A DNA stretch of 64,000 nucleotides, taken from the NCBI GenBank assembly GCA_050633305.1, contig JBOEGF010000018.1:160001-224000 (forward strand). Direction: 5' to 3'. The translations under genes were made by a program, and so were the position numbers. Shown here one piece after another: positions 1 to 9,297 of this stretch (position 1 is its first letter; every line of letters begins with the position of its first letter). The notes beneath the pieces are model-generated. The model was not told where the DNA came from. It saw only the letters and a program-made list of their open reading frames with translations, and ran no database searches. The DNA comes from Nannocystales bacterium (lineage in GTDB: Bacteria > Myxococcota_A > Polyangia > Nannocystales > Nannocystaceae).

Positions 1-249
1 GGTGAAGACGACGATGCGGCATGGGACGCCGCGAGCGCGGAGCGTGCGGAGCACTGCGAGTCCGTCGGGGTCCGGCATGTTGAGGTCGAGGCAGACCAAT
101 GCCGGATGTGGGCCTCCGTGGTCGAGGTAGGCCTGTCCGCATCCGAACCCGTCCACGGCGTAGCCTGCCGATGCAAGCCAGGCACCCAGCAGGAGTCGGA
201 TTTCGGTGTCGTCGTCGACGACGTGGATGCGAGGCACGGCTGGAGGCAT
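1..249 (-). CDS. Response regulator (receiver domain), 3' end runs off the window
   Basis: Not in the ORF track. Manual translation from ATG at 249 gives MPPAVPRIHVVDDDTEIRLLLGAWLASAGYAV...LVCLDLNMPDPDGLAVLRTLRARGVPCRIVVFT, with the VVDDD, DLNMP (phospho-Asp) and T receiver motifs. Confidence 0.85.
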   Translation of the reverse strand, partial: MPPAVPRIHVVDDDTEIRLLLGAWLASAGYAVDGFGCGQAYLDHGGPHPALVCLDLNMPDPDGLAVLRTLRARGVPCRIVVFT

Positions 250-375
250 GCGGACTCGACGGATCTATGCAGCCGGGGCTCTCACCGGGCCAGCACCGGG
301 GGGGGTTGTGGATGTCCCGAGTTGGACCCCCGCGCAGCTCAGGTTCTCGGCTCGGGGGGCGATGATGTCGATCGG

Positions 376-1071
376 ATGTCTGGATCTGCGCTACAGCTGC
401 TGCTCGTCGACGACGACGTGTCATCGCGGGTCTTGTTGGTCCAGGTCCTCTCGAGTTGGGGCTACAACGTGACCGAGGCGAGCAGCGGTGCTGAAGCGCT
501 CAGATTGTTGCGAGAGTACGAGTTCGACGCGCTTCTGACGGACCTCGAGATGCCGATCATCACGGGCTTCGTCTTGGTCCGGCAGATTCGGGCCCGAGAA
601 GAACGACTTGGGACTCGTCGGATGCCGACGATGGCGATCTCCGGCCACGCGACCCTCGCAGCTCGGCGTGAATGCTTGCGGGTGGGGTTCGATCGCGTTC
701 TTTGCAAGCCGTTCGATTGGGACACCGTTCGAGAGGCGCTGCGGGAGCTTGTTGCCCGGGGACGGACGGTGGTCGTTCAGCGGCCGTTGGACGTGTCGTC
801 TGAGGTCCGCTCGCTCCTCCCGTCGTTCTTCTCGGCGCGGCAGGAGGACTACTCCAGGATGCGTGCTGCGCTCTCGGAGCGAGAGTTCGACGAGATCGGC
901 CGGCTCGGGCACCGACTCAAGGGCTCGGGCGGCAGCTTTGGATTCCCCGAGTTGAGTACGATCGGCGAACTGCTCGAGACGGCTGCGAGAGCCGGTGACG
1001 CTGGGGGCTGCGCGGAGGCCTTGGAAGCGCTGGGCGCAACGCTTCGCGAGGCCGTCTCTCGGGCCGCCTGA
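376..1071 (+). CDS. Receiver domain + C-terminal HPt domain protein
   Basis: LLLVDDD...LTDLEMP...SGH...KPF receiver, then GHRLKGSGGSFGF HPt motif. Start moved to ATG 376 because the longer ORF overlaps the divergent gene. Confidence 0.85.
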   Translation: MSGSALQLLLVDDDVSSRVLLVQVLSSWGYNVTEASSGAEALRLLREYEFDALLTDLEMPIITGFVLVRQIRAREERLGTRRMPTMAISGHATLAARRECLRVGFDRVLCKPFDWDTVREALRELVARGRTVVVQRPLDVSSEVRSLLPSFFSARQEDYSRMRAALSEREFDEIGRLGHRLKGSGGSFGFPELSTIGELLETAARAGDAGGCAEALEALGATLREAVSRAA

Positions 1072-1330
1072 CTACGCTCCGCATGCCGCCTGAATGACCT
1101 CGGTTCCCGTCGGAAGGGAGCCTCGAACGCGGACGCGCAGATGGATCCGTTGTGTGGCGTGTCCGAACCGAGGGCAGATGTCCTCTTCGGTGTGCGCGAT
1201 CGAGAGCACGACGATGGAGTCTGGACTTCCCTCCCTGGACTCGCCAACTCTGTCGTAGGTCGGTGCGTCGTTGAGACCGTCTCCGTCGTTGAGGGCCACG
1301 ACGACGAAGCATGCCGTCGAAGGCAACGGT
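1072..1330 (-). pseudogene. Frameshifted remnant resembling the C-terminus of a myxobacterial vWA-like lipoprotein
   Basis: Pieces in different minus frames read (DGML)-VVVALNDGD...SIVVLSIA...C / GSICASAFEAPF / EVIQAACGA*. There is no intact 5' part. Confidence 0.4.
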
Positions 1331-1444
1331 CAGACCTCGTGCTGGTTGCGGCGCCGTGGGCGGTTCGGCGTCTCGGTCTGTGATCTGGCGTTTCTCGGCC
1401 TGATCACGTGCCCGAGATGGCCGAGCGCGGTACCATCAAGAGGC

Positions 1445-2107
1445 GTGTCCGGGGTGGCGATCGTGTCGGTAGCAGCGGTGTGTGCCGGATACTTGTGGCT
1501 GGAGCGCCACCAAGTCCGCCGCGCAGCACGGGTCCGAGGCGAGCAGCGGCGGCACGTGGGCGTCCTGCGATCCTGTGAACCAGGCGTCGCCGCGGACCCC
1601 CCCGCATCCAAGTCGCTGGAGCGATGCATCGAAGACGCGGTGCGCTCGGCCGACTTCGCGTGCGCGTATCACCAACGGCTCTTCCTTCGTGGGGCCTCCG
1701 GAGAGTCTCCGTTTCAGTTGCGTCGGGCTCGCGTCGATGCTGCCCAACGTCGTTTTGCTCAGGCCTCGTTGCGTCTAGAAGAACAAGCCGGTCAGTGGCT
1801 ATCGTCGGCCGAGTCGGATCCGTCGATCGACGCGCAGGCGAAGCTCGCGGTCGCCCGCATGCACGACTGGCTGGGCGAGCACCCGGTGTCCAAGCGGTTC
1901 CCTGTCGGTGACGACCAACCCGTGACGGCGTCGGTCGACGTGTTCGAGAATGCGTTGGCCAACCTGCGGCAACGACGGGGACGAGGCTCCGGGGCAGATC
2001 CCTTTCGTCATGCCGTCGGTGCGGCCGCGAGACAGGATGTCACGCCGACATCCGAACGCGTGCCGCCGCGGCACGACGCCGGGTTGTTGCCCGCGACGCA
2101 TCGCTGA
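1445..2107 (+). CDS. Hypothetical membrane-anchored protein
   Basis: GTG start, N-terminal hydrophobic helix (VAIVSVAAVCAGYLWL), helical body. No family recognised. Confidence 0.55.
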   Translation: MSGVAIVSVAAVCAGYLWLERHQVRRAARVRGEQRRHVGVLRSCEPGVAADPPASKSLERCIEDAVRSADFACAYHQRLFLRGASGESPFQLRRARVDAAQRRFAQASLRLEEQAGQWLSSAESDPSIDAQAKLAVARMHDWLGEHPVSKRFPVGDDQPVTASVDVFENALANLRQRRGRGSGADPFRHAVGAAARQDVTPTSERVPPRHDAGLLPATHR

Positions 2108-2154
2108 AACCATGGCGACACAGGACTGGCACGTCGCTTGCGACGTGCCTCGGT

Positions 2155-2595
2155 ATGCAGGCGTCCCCCTGGTTCCTCGAAGTGGTTGGTCGCGCGCCTC
2201 GTTGGCATCGCACCGCCTGGCTCGTCGGGTTGTTGGCCCTGTCGCTCGGTCTGGGCTTGGCCCTCGCCATCTGCGCGGGGGACGGTTGTGTCGACCGCCG
2301 TGACCGGACAGGGCGCGTGCTGACCCATCTTCGACAGAGTATCCAGATGGCGCGGTTGGGAGCCGGACCCCACGCGGGCTGCCCGGAAGCGCTTGCTGCG
2401 GCCACGCTCGGAGGCGTTCTCGAGCACGCGATCGACGGCTGGGATCGACCGGTACAGATCCGGTGTTACGGGGACACGTTGGTCCTCCGATCCAAGGCAC
2501 ACGACGTCGAAAACCCCTTCGACGACGTCGTGCTGGTGGCCCCGATGGCCGCCCAGACCAGCCGCGAGATCAGTCTCACGGAGGGGCTGCGCTAG
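2155..2595 (+). CDS. Small membrane protein with GspG/pseudopilin-like C-terminal motif
   Basis: TM helix, then DGWDRPVQIRC...LVLRSKAHDVENPFDDV, resembling the DPWGxPY...L.S.GPDG..GT.DDI motif of T2SS GspG. No prepilin cleavage motif seen. Confidence 0.5.
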   Translation: MQASPWFLEVVGRAPRWHRTAWLVGLLALSLGLGLALAICAGDGCVDRRDRTGRVLTHLRQSIQMARLGAGPHAGCPEALAAATLGGVLEHAIDGWDRPVQIRCYGDTLVLRSKAHDVENPFDDVVLVAPMAAQTSREISLTEGLR

Positions 2596-2679
2596 TTGCG
2601 CGAAGAAATGCCTTGTGACTCGCTGCAGGTGTGGGCAGGATGTCGCGCGCCTGAATAGTGTTTTTGGGCCAGCCTGACT

Positions 2680-2898
2680 ATGGGAAACGAGGACGCAATT
2701 GAGTTCGACGGTGTGATCAGAGAGGTCCTCAGCGGAGGAACTTTCAAAGTGGATGTGGGCGAAGGCCACACCGTGATCGCCAAGCTTTCAGGACGCATGC
2801 GTCGTCACCGGATCCGCGTCGTGCTGGGCGACCGGGTCAAAGTTGAGGTGTCGCCGTACGACCCGACTCGTGGTCGTGTGACCTACCGTCAGCGCTAG
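2680..2898 (+). CDS. infA: Translation initiation factor IF-1
   Basis: 72 aa; EDAIEFDGVIREVL...AKLSGRMRRHRIRVVLGDRVKVEVSPYDPTRGRVTYR is the IF-1 signature. Confidence 0.97.
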   Translation: MGNEDAIEFDGVIREVLSGGTFKVDVGEGHTVIAKLSGRMRRHRIRVVLGDRVKVEVSPYDPTRGRVTYRQR

Positions 2899-3020
2899 AC
2901 ATCCGCGCGCCACACGGACGGTCGGCGCGCAAACCGGCGCACGAGTTTGGTGTGCAACCAGAGGGCGGGGTATCGCGGTTCGCGAGCCCCGCCGCTGCTT
3001 TGTGCGACACTTCTCGTCCC

Positions 3021-3635
3021 ATGCGAGCCGCCCTAGGCCCTCTCCAGACGCAAGCTCTTCAGACGATGCGTGAAGTCCTCTCGGACGAGTTCCGCACGCT
3101 TGAAGTTCGCCGCTATGCCATCGATGAGGACTTCGGGGACGGACACTGCACCATCCGGTGCGAAGCCGTGGAGAGTCCGGGTCAGCGAGAGATCGAAGTC
3201 AACGGCAAGGGCGTCGGCATGCTCGACGCCTTCTTCTCGGGGCTTCGAGAGCGCTACCAGGGCGAGTTCCCTTCGCTTGCTTCGATCCGCTTTTCCAGCT
3301 TCTCCGTCCGGGGCCTGATGGGCGACGCGCACGCCGAGCAGGCCACCGATGCTCAGGCCGAAGCGACCGTTGGCGTGACGAACTCATCCAACCGCGAGTT
3401 CCACTTCACGACCCTGTCTCCTTCGGTCAGCCACTCGTCCATCGAGGCGGTGTTGGCGGCCGTGGAGTACTTCGTGAACTCCGAGCAGGCGTACGTCCGT
3501 ATCTACAAGGCACTTCAACACCATCGCACCAGCGGCCGACCCGAGATGGTCGCCCGCTACACCGAGTTGTTGGCCGAGATGGTGCGCAACACCTCGTACT
3601 CCTCCGCGGTCGAGCGCCTTCAGGCGCAGGAATAG
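3021..3635 (+). CDS. Stand-alone LeuA/CimA allosteric (dimerisation) domain-like protein
   Basis: EVNGKGVGMLDAFFSGL...IRFSSFSVRGL...TDAQAEATVGV...SIEAVLAAV parallels the GxGxGPVDA...L..Y.V.....G.DA.A...V...S..A...A pattern. No catalytic TIM barrel. Confidence 0.6.
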   Translation: MRAALGPLQTQALQTMREVLSDEFRTLEVRRYAIDEDFGDGHCTIRCEAVESPGQREIEVNGKGVGMLDAFFSGLRERYQGEFPSLASIRFSSFSVRGLMGDAHAEQATDAQAEATVGVTNSSNREFHFTTLSPSVSHSSIEAVLAAVEYFVNSEQAYVRIYKALQHHRTSGRPEMVARYTELLAEMVRNTSYSSAVERLQAQE

Positions 3636-3644
3636 ACGTAGGCG

Positions 3645-5129
3645 TCAGCCGACCGGGGGCGGTGCGTCGTAGGGAACCTGGCACACGCCGATCTCGAGGA
3701 TCAGGTACAGCAGCACCAGCTCCTGCGGGGTCAGACCGACGTAGGAGTCGGAAAACTCGGCCATGTGATAGGTGGTGAACAACACCTTCCCACACCCGTA
3801 CTCACCCGTGACGGTGAGCGGGTGGTTGCCGCTGGGGATGATGTTGCTGTCGCCGGGCCCTTCGATCCAGACCTTGTGGCCCACGTCGATCTGCCCGCCC
3901 ATGCCATCGTCGACCAGCACCGACGGCGTGGACGCGATGCCCGACCAGTTGTCGACCGTCTCAATCGTGGGCGGGGCGTTGACGGCGGGGAAGGACGCGC
4001 CTGCGCCGTTGAGAGGGTTGATGTCCTTGAGACCGGGCGGCAACGCGTCGAGCCACGCGGTGAGGTCATCATCGAGCACCGTCGCGGTGGAGCTGTAGGG
4101 GTCGGGCAGGTCGGCAGTTCCGCCGTCGGTGTAGAAGGTTTGGTACTGTCCGAACACGCGCCCGATGAACTCGTTGGACCAGTCCGAGGCGTAGAACTTG
4201 CCGCCGTTGTCGACCCATCGCCGGATGTTCTCGATGACTGCGGGGTCGTTCAACGCCGACAGCGCCGTGTCGTCGGAGCAGGGCACGAAGATGATGTGGT
4301 ACTGCTCCATCAGCGTGTAGCTGCCCAGCAGCTGCGCGAAGGAGCCCAGAGAGGTGGTCTCGGGTCCCCCACCGAAGATGTCGGTGGTGTTGGACCACAC
4401 GTCGAACTGCTCGGTCCCGGGGACGAAGTCCTGCTGGAAGTCTTCGATGATCGTGTCCGCGAGGCCGAGCTTACCCAGCGCGTCCTCGAGGCGGTCGTAC
4501 GAGCCCCAGGCGAGCGCGATGCGAGGGATGTAGCGGCCGTCGGTGGGAACGTTTTCGTCGGGGAGGCTCGTGAGCTCTGGGCCGAACTCGGTAGGGCCAG
4601 GCTCAACGGTCAACTCCGTAACCCGCATGAACTGCCCCTTGCGCACCACGAGGTGGGTGCCCCCGCTGTACGCGGGCAGCTCGAAGCTTCCGTCGGCCTC
4701 CGTGAGAACGAACGGGATGTCACACGGAAGCTCGACGCACTCCGCACAGTAGACCGTTTGAGGGATGCCGTCGGGGGGTTCGTCGGTCAGGTAGACCAGC
4801 GCACCGCTGACTGGGATCTCCTGGTTGGGCGCGTAGACGATTCCCGTGAGCGTCGCGTCTGTCCCTGGCAGCGGAGGACAGGTCCCGTCGGGCCCATCAG
4901 GGTCCATTCCTGTCTCTGGCGCGCCGACATCGAGCTTGACGTCGTCCGTGTCGACGCTGCCCTCGCTCGTCGTGTCGCCGTCGTCTTGGTCGGTGTCCTG
5001 ACCCTGCGTGATCGTTGTCGGGAGGTCCGCGGTTCCGATGCCGTCCTCCTCACGCGCAGGGTCGCCGCACGCGGCTGCCAAACCAAGTCCCAATACCAGT
5101 GCCCAAACTTGTCGCATCGCCCGATCCAA
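3645..5129 (-). CDS. Myxobacterial lipoprotein with carboxypeptidase-regulatory-like Ig domain and glutamine-amidotransferase-like C-terminal domain
   Basis: Lipobox LAAAC, acidic stalk, LTGIVYAPNQEIPVSGALVY...TEADGSFEL...VRKGQFMR, then YHIIFVPC...GGKFYASDWS...GCGKVLFTTYH. Confidence 0.7.
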   Translation of the reverse strand: MDRAMRQVWALVLGLGLAAACGDPAREEDGIGTADLPTTITQGQDTDQDDGDTTSEGSVDTDDVKLDVGAPETGMDPDGPDGTCPPLPGTDATLTGIVYAPNQEIPVSGALVYLTDEPPDGIPQTVYCAECVELPCDIPFVLTEADGSFELPAYSGGTHLVVRKGQFMRVTELTVEPGPTEFGPELTSLPDENVPTDGRYIPRIALAWGSYDRLEDALGKLGLADTIIEDFQQDFVPGTEQFDVWSNTTDIFGGGPETTSLGSFAQLLGSYTLMEQYHIIFVPCSDDTALSALNDPAVIENIRRWVDNGGKFYASDWSNEFIGRVFGQYQTFYTDGGTADLPDPYSSTATVLDDDLTAWLDALPPGLKDINPLNGAGASFPAVNAPPTIETVDNWSGIASTPSVLVDDGMGGQIDVGHKVWIEGPGDSNIIPSGNHPLTVTGEYGCGKVLFTTYHMAEFSDSYVGLTPQELVLLYLILEIGVCQVPYDAPPPVG

Positions 5130-5163
5130 TCCTTCCGGGCACTGTACCTCGTCTTGTGCGGGT

Positions 5164-6366
5164 CTAGGCCGGTGGGCACGGCGGGCGACCGCAGTCTCGC
5201 CGAATCTCCGCGTCGGTGCGCGCGTGGTCGAAGATCATGAGCTCGTCCACAACACCCTCGTAGGCGCGGTCTGGCCGCGATGCCGGATGTCCGATGCGCC
5301 CATGTGTCCACTGCGGGCTCGGCGTGTGCCCCTCGGCGCTGTCCACGGATACCCCGTCGATGAGCAGTGCGCAGCTCGTGGTGGTCCAGCGAAACGCGAC
5401 GTGGGTCCACCGGTCGTACTCGACGTCGGTACCGAGCAAACTACAGTTTTCTCCACCAGCGAACACCCCGTCGATGAAGGCTCTCCAGCGGTAGGGCATG
5501 CCCGCGACGTGGTCGAGTTGGATGTGAAGGTCTGGAGTGTTGTTGCCAAACCCATCGCCCACGCCGTCGCTGATGTGGACGACGAAGCGGGTACAGTTCT
5601 CGGTGCACGACTCGTCCAAGATGTCCGGCCGGGCCCAGAATTCGATGGTGGCTTCGGGGGCGGGGGTTCCGTCGGGGGCGAGACGAACCACCGTCTCGGC
5701 GATGTCGATCGAATCTGGATGGCCGGCATACCGCGCGGCTGTCCCAAACGCCCCCTCCTCGCCGAAGGATGGCGCACCCAGAAGCACGCCGACGGAGCCT
5801 ACGGCTTCATCGAGGACGAACTGGGCGTCGCCGGCTTCGTCGAGGCGATACCACGCGAGCAGCCCAGGGTTGTCGTCGCACTGGAGATGGTCTGGCCGTA
5901 CGCGTGGGTCATCGTCGTTGCAGTCGTCGGCGTTCGGCACGGTGCCCTCAGGCGCGTCGCAAGCGACGACCGGAGTTCCGCTGGCGTTCCCGAAGCCGTC
6001 GGCGTCGGCATCGGGAAACCACTCGAGGCTGGCACAGGTCCCGGTGCTGGTGGGTTCGCCCGAACTCGAATTCGGGCTCGTTGTCGCGGTGAGGCCCGAG
6101 TCGCTCGTCCCTGCGGTTGTCGTCGCGGTGCTGGTGTCATCGACACAGCGGGCCGGGTTGGTCGGTGCGTTTGGAGAGCGCCGAAGGCCAGAGGGGCAGG
6201 CGTCGTCCGGATAGGCGCAGACGCCGTCCGCCAGACACACGGCCGCGCCGCCTTCCCAATCGCACTGGTTTGCGTCGCTACACGCGAAGGGGTCGATCGT
6301 GCACGATCCTGCGGCGACGCTGAGTCCCGCTGCCAGTCCGAGCCGTGCGAGTCTCAGAAGCGCCAC
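5164..6366 (-). CDS. Lipoprotein with Cys-rich N-terminus, DxDxDG metal-binding motif and LamG/ConA-like domain
   Basis: GTG 6366, lipobox AGSC, WFPDADADGFG...DDCNDDD, LLAWYRLDE...ATIEFWARP...WTHVAF...LLIDG...YEGVVDELMIFDHART. Confidence 0.8.
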   Translation of the reverse strand: MALLRLARLGLAAGLSVAAGSCTIDPFACSDANQCDWEGGAAVCLADGVCAYPDDACPSGLRRSPNAPTNPARCVDDTSTATTTAGTSDSGLTATTSPNSSSGEPTSTGTCASLEWFPDADADGFGNASGTPVVACDAPEGTVPNADDCNDDDPRVRPDHLQCDDNPGLLAWYRLDEAGDAQFVLDEAVGSVGVLLGAPSFGEEGAFGTAARYAGHPDSIDIAETVVRLAPDGTPAPEATIEFWARPDILDESCTENCTRFVVHISDGVGDGFGNNTPDLHIQLDHVAGMPYRWRAFIDGVFAGGENCSLLGTDVEYDRWTHVAFRWTTTSCALLIDGVSVDSAEGHTPSPQWTHGRIGHPASRPDRAYEGVVDELMIFDHARTDAEIRRDCGRPPCPPA

Positions 6367-7076
6367 GTCAGCCCTCGCTGGCTCATTTGGTCGGCTTCGC
6401 CCCGTCGCGCGAGAATGCCGTAGCGGATGATGCCGCCGACGAGGAGTGCTGCACCGGCCCCGAGCAACACGAAACCCGCCGTCGAGGTGTTGCGGACGTC
6501 GGCTTCGCGCCGCGCATGCGCTCGTTCGGTCTCGGCTTCGGGCGCGCTGGTCGAGTTGTTGGACACGAGCAGCAGCCCTCCGCCAGTGATCGCCGCAACG
6601 CCGCCCACCGCGACCAAGATTCCCCCCCATGGGTCACGTGCCCAGGAGATTCGCGCGGGGCCGTCTCCCTCGAGCACGGGCGTCGGGGGCACGACGGCGG
6701 GTTCAGGCTCCGGTTGTGGCGCGACACGGGCGATCAACGCCTCGCACTCGGCGATCTGAGCTCGAGCGGCCTCGATGTCCGGCTGCGGCGGTGCCTGTGC
6801 AATGAATCGCTCAAACACCCCGATCGCTTCGGGGCAGCTGCCCGCCCTTCGCAGCGACATGGCCTGGCTGTAGAGGTGGACCGGCTCGCCCGTATCGTCG
6901 AAGGCTCGCTCGTAGGCTTCGGCCGCCTCGGCGTATCGGCGGGCGTGGGTGAGCTCGGCTGCCTGGCGTGCCGGAGGTTGGGGCGCCGGGAGGGCATCGG
7001 CGGGTGCGGGCACCATGAGCGCGGCACACAACACCGCGGCGGTTGGCTGCCCGATCACCGACGCAGTGTAGTGCAT
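6354..7076 (-). CDS. Secreted TPR protein with C-terminal hydrophobic segments
   Basis: Signal peptide, RYAEAAEAYERAF...LYSQAMSLRRAGSCPEAIGVFERFI, Pro-rich linker and two Gly-rich hydrophobic helices. Confidence 0.8.
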   Translation of the reverse strand: MHYTASVIGQPTAAVLCAALMVPAPADALPAPQPPARQAAELTHARRYAEAAEAYERAFDDTGEPVHLYSQAMSLRRAGSCPEAIGVFERFIAQAPPQPDIEAARAQIAECEALIARVAPQPEPEPAVVPPTPVLEGDGPARISWARDPWGGILVAVGGVAAITGGGLLLVSNNSTSAPEAETERAHARREADVRNTSTAGFVLLGAGAALLVGGIIRYGILARRGEADQMSQRGLTWRF

Positions 7077-7082
7077 CTCGTG

Positions 7083-8522
7083 TCATGGAACAGGAGTCCC
7101 ACGCGACTCGCGGTGGGACGGCGGCAGGAACTCGGAAGGCACATCGGGACTGTCCGCTGCAGGGCGGGAGCTCCGTCGACGCCTCCCGCGTTTCTTGGCA
7201 CGTTTTCCCTTCGGTCTTGGGGGCGTTGCCTGTTCTTCCTGCTGCAGCCTCCCGGGCAGCTTCTCCGGCTCCTCGGGCAGGAACTCGACGTCGTCCTCGG
7301 TTGGCGGCTCCACGGCGGGCGAGGGCGTCGGGTCGGCGACCAGAGCGGGCGGGGGCACGGGGGCAGGGGTCGGCGTTGGCGGATCCTGCTGGCCTCGCAT
7401 GAGGGCGGCTCCTACGGCGACGCCAACGGTGATCCCAAGCACCGCCCCGCCGATCCATCCTGCGCGTCGCCGAATCCTCGTCTTGGGGGCAGAGCGACTC
7501 GTCTCAGTCGCGTCTGCCAGCAGGGGAAGAACCGATGTGGTGGGGTAGGGCGTTGCCCCGAAGAGGTCGGTGACGAAGTCCGCCAGCGCGAGCGTGGAGA
7601 GCCGCGTGCCTTGCGACGCTGCGAAGTCCTCGAGCGCCGTCTGAAATGCTCGGGCAGTGGGGAAGCGCGCAGCGGGTTCGACCTCGAGGGCCCTGTTGAC
7701 GATCGCCGCCAGCCCCTGCGGGTACGACGGGACGATCTTGTGGGGCGCGAGGTACTTGCCCTCTGCGACCTTGTTGAGGAGCGCGAACTCGCCTTCGGCG
7801 AAGAAACAACGCCGCCCGGTGGTGAGCTCGTACAACACGACGCCCAGCGAGAACACGTCCGCCGTGCGGTCGAGAGCGCTGCCGCGGGCCTGCTCAGGAG
7901 ACATGTACGCCAGCTTCCCCTTGATGGCTTGAGACCGGGTTGCCTGGGCCTGCGAGGTCGCCTTGGCGATGCCGAAGTCGACGAGCTTGACCGCTCCGTC
8001 GTAGCTGACCAGGATATTCGACGGGGACACATCACGGTGCACCAGACCCAGCGGCGCACCCTCGGCATCGCAGGCTTCGTGTGCGTGGTGCAGGGCGCCG
8101 GCGACCGCCGTGACGATCGACAACGCGCAGTCCAAGGGGACGCCCTGTGCCTTGGCTGCCGTGCGTAGCAGTTCGTTGACACCGCGCCCGTGCACGTACT
8201 CCAGCACCATGAAGAAGTCGCGACCCGCCTGGCCAAAGTCGGTGACCGAGGCGATGTTGGGGTGCTCCAGACTGGAGGCGAGCTTGGCCTCGTTGAGGAA
8301 CATGCTGACAAACTCAGCATCCTCGGCGAGGTGAGGGAGCACGCGCTTGAGCGCCACCAACTTCGTGAACCCGGCGTCGGCCCGCTGGCGGGCGAGGTAG
8401 AGCTCCGCCATGCCGCCCAGCGCGATTCGTTGGAGAACCTGGTATCGACCGAGCTTGGTCCCCGGCGGAAGCCCTCCGACCGCGGAAGCCGGGGTCGCGG
8501 TCATGCCTTCGCCCGCGATCAT
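7083..8522 (-). CDS. Membrane-anchored Ser/Thr protein kinase
   Basis: IALGGMAELY, VALKR, HRDVSPSN, VDFGIAK, YMSPEQ motifs; TM helix; Pro/Arg-rich tail. Confidence 0.95.
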   Translation of the reverse strand: MIAGEGMTATPASAVGGLPPGTKLGRYQVLQRIALGGMAELYLARQRADAGFTKLVALKRVLPHLAEDAEFVSMFLNEAKLASSLEHPNIASVTDFGQAGRDFFMVLEYVHGRGVNELLRTAAKAQGVPLDCALSIVTAVAGALHHAHEACDAEGAPLGLVHRDVSPSNILVSYDGAVKLVDFGIAKATSQAQATRSQAIKGKLAYMSPEQARGSALDRTADVFSLGVVLYELTTGRRCFFAEGEFALLNKVAEGKYLAPHKIVPSYPQGLAAIVNRALEVEPAARFPTARAFQTALEDFAASQGTRLSTLALADFVTDLFGATPYPTTSVLPLLADATETSRSAPKTRIRRRAGWIGGAVLGITVGVAVGAALMRGQQDPPTPTPAPVPPPALVADPTPSPAVEPPTEDDVEFLPEEPEKLPGRLQQEEQATPPRPKGKRAKKRGRRRRSSRPAADSPDVPSEFLPPSHRESRGTPVP

Positions 8523-9136
8523 GACGAGGGGGGCTGGCCGATGACGAGCCGCATCAGGGACTCGAGCTGCTCCACCGAGACCTGGTGCTCGCCGCGCCCG
8601 GACATCCGGGTGAAGGCGGCGCGCAATCTTTCACGGGCGCGGGTCATGCGAGTGCGAACGGTGATCGGGTTGACGCCGAAATGCTCCGAGAGCGCGGGCG
8701 TGGCGATGCCCTGCCAATAGTAGAGGACCAGGAGGAGTTGGGGCGCCGAGGGGAGGGAGGCCAGTGCACGAAGCAAGATGACTTGCTCCTGCGTACGCAC
8801 CATGAGCGTGGACATCCGAGTCTGGGGCGCCGGCTGGGCGGTGTCGTCGAAGCTACCCAGCTCGCGGCTGCGGGCCATCTTGCGCTTGTGCATCACCAGC
8901 TGTCGCCGGGCGATGCCGAGCAGGTAGGCGCGGAACGAGCCCGGGTCGCGCAACCGTTCGGGGTTCTCGATCAGGACCATGAACGTGCGCTGCGCGAGGT
9001 CCTCCGCGGCCCAGGTCGCGTTGAGCTCGAAGTAGCGCAGCACGACGGTGTAGTGCCGACGCATCAGCGACTCGCCGCAGGTGCGGTCACCGCGTCTCCA
9101 GGCCTCGAGGAGTTGGGCGTCGCCGAGCGTGTCCAA
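8519..9136 (-). CDS. ECF-type RNA polymerase sigma factor
   Basis: DAQLLEAWRRGD...AEDLAQRTF...SFRAYLLGIARR (region 2) and LYYWQG...TVRTRMTRARERL (region 4). ATGA overlap with the kinase. Confidence 0.9.
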   Translation of the reverse strand: MDTLGDAQLLEAWRRGDRTCGESLMRRHYTVVLRYFELNATWAAEDLAQRTFMVLIENPERLRDPGSFRAYLLGIARRQLVMHKRKMARSRELGSFDDTAQPAPQTRMSTLMVRTQEQVILLRALASLPSAPQLLLVLYYWQGIATPALSEHFGVNPITVRTRMTRARERLRAAFTRMSGRGEHQVSVEQLESLMRLVIGQPPSS

Positions 9137-9297
9137 CGCTCAAACGGTATCACGGCCCCCCTGTTTTGAGGTCGCGAACGTAGCCCAGCTCGCACCCCGT
9201 GCAGTGAGGTCGGCCGTCGCGTTTTTTCCGGAACGTTTTGGTTGCTGGCGCCAACGAGTCATACCCGGCGGAAACCCGCGGGGAGAGGAGACTTCGG

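Noticed and set aside
9230..9262. Possible ECF promoter GGAAC...GTC upstream of the DUF1592 gene
   Set aside because: The spacer is too long for a typical ECF -35/-10 pair.
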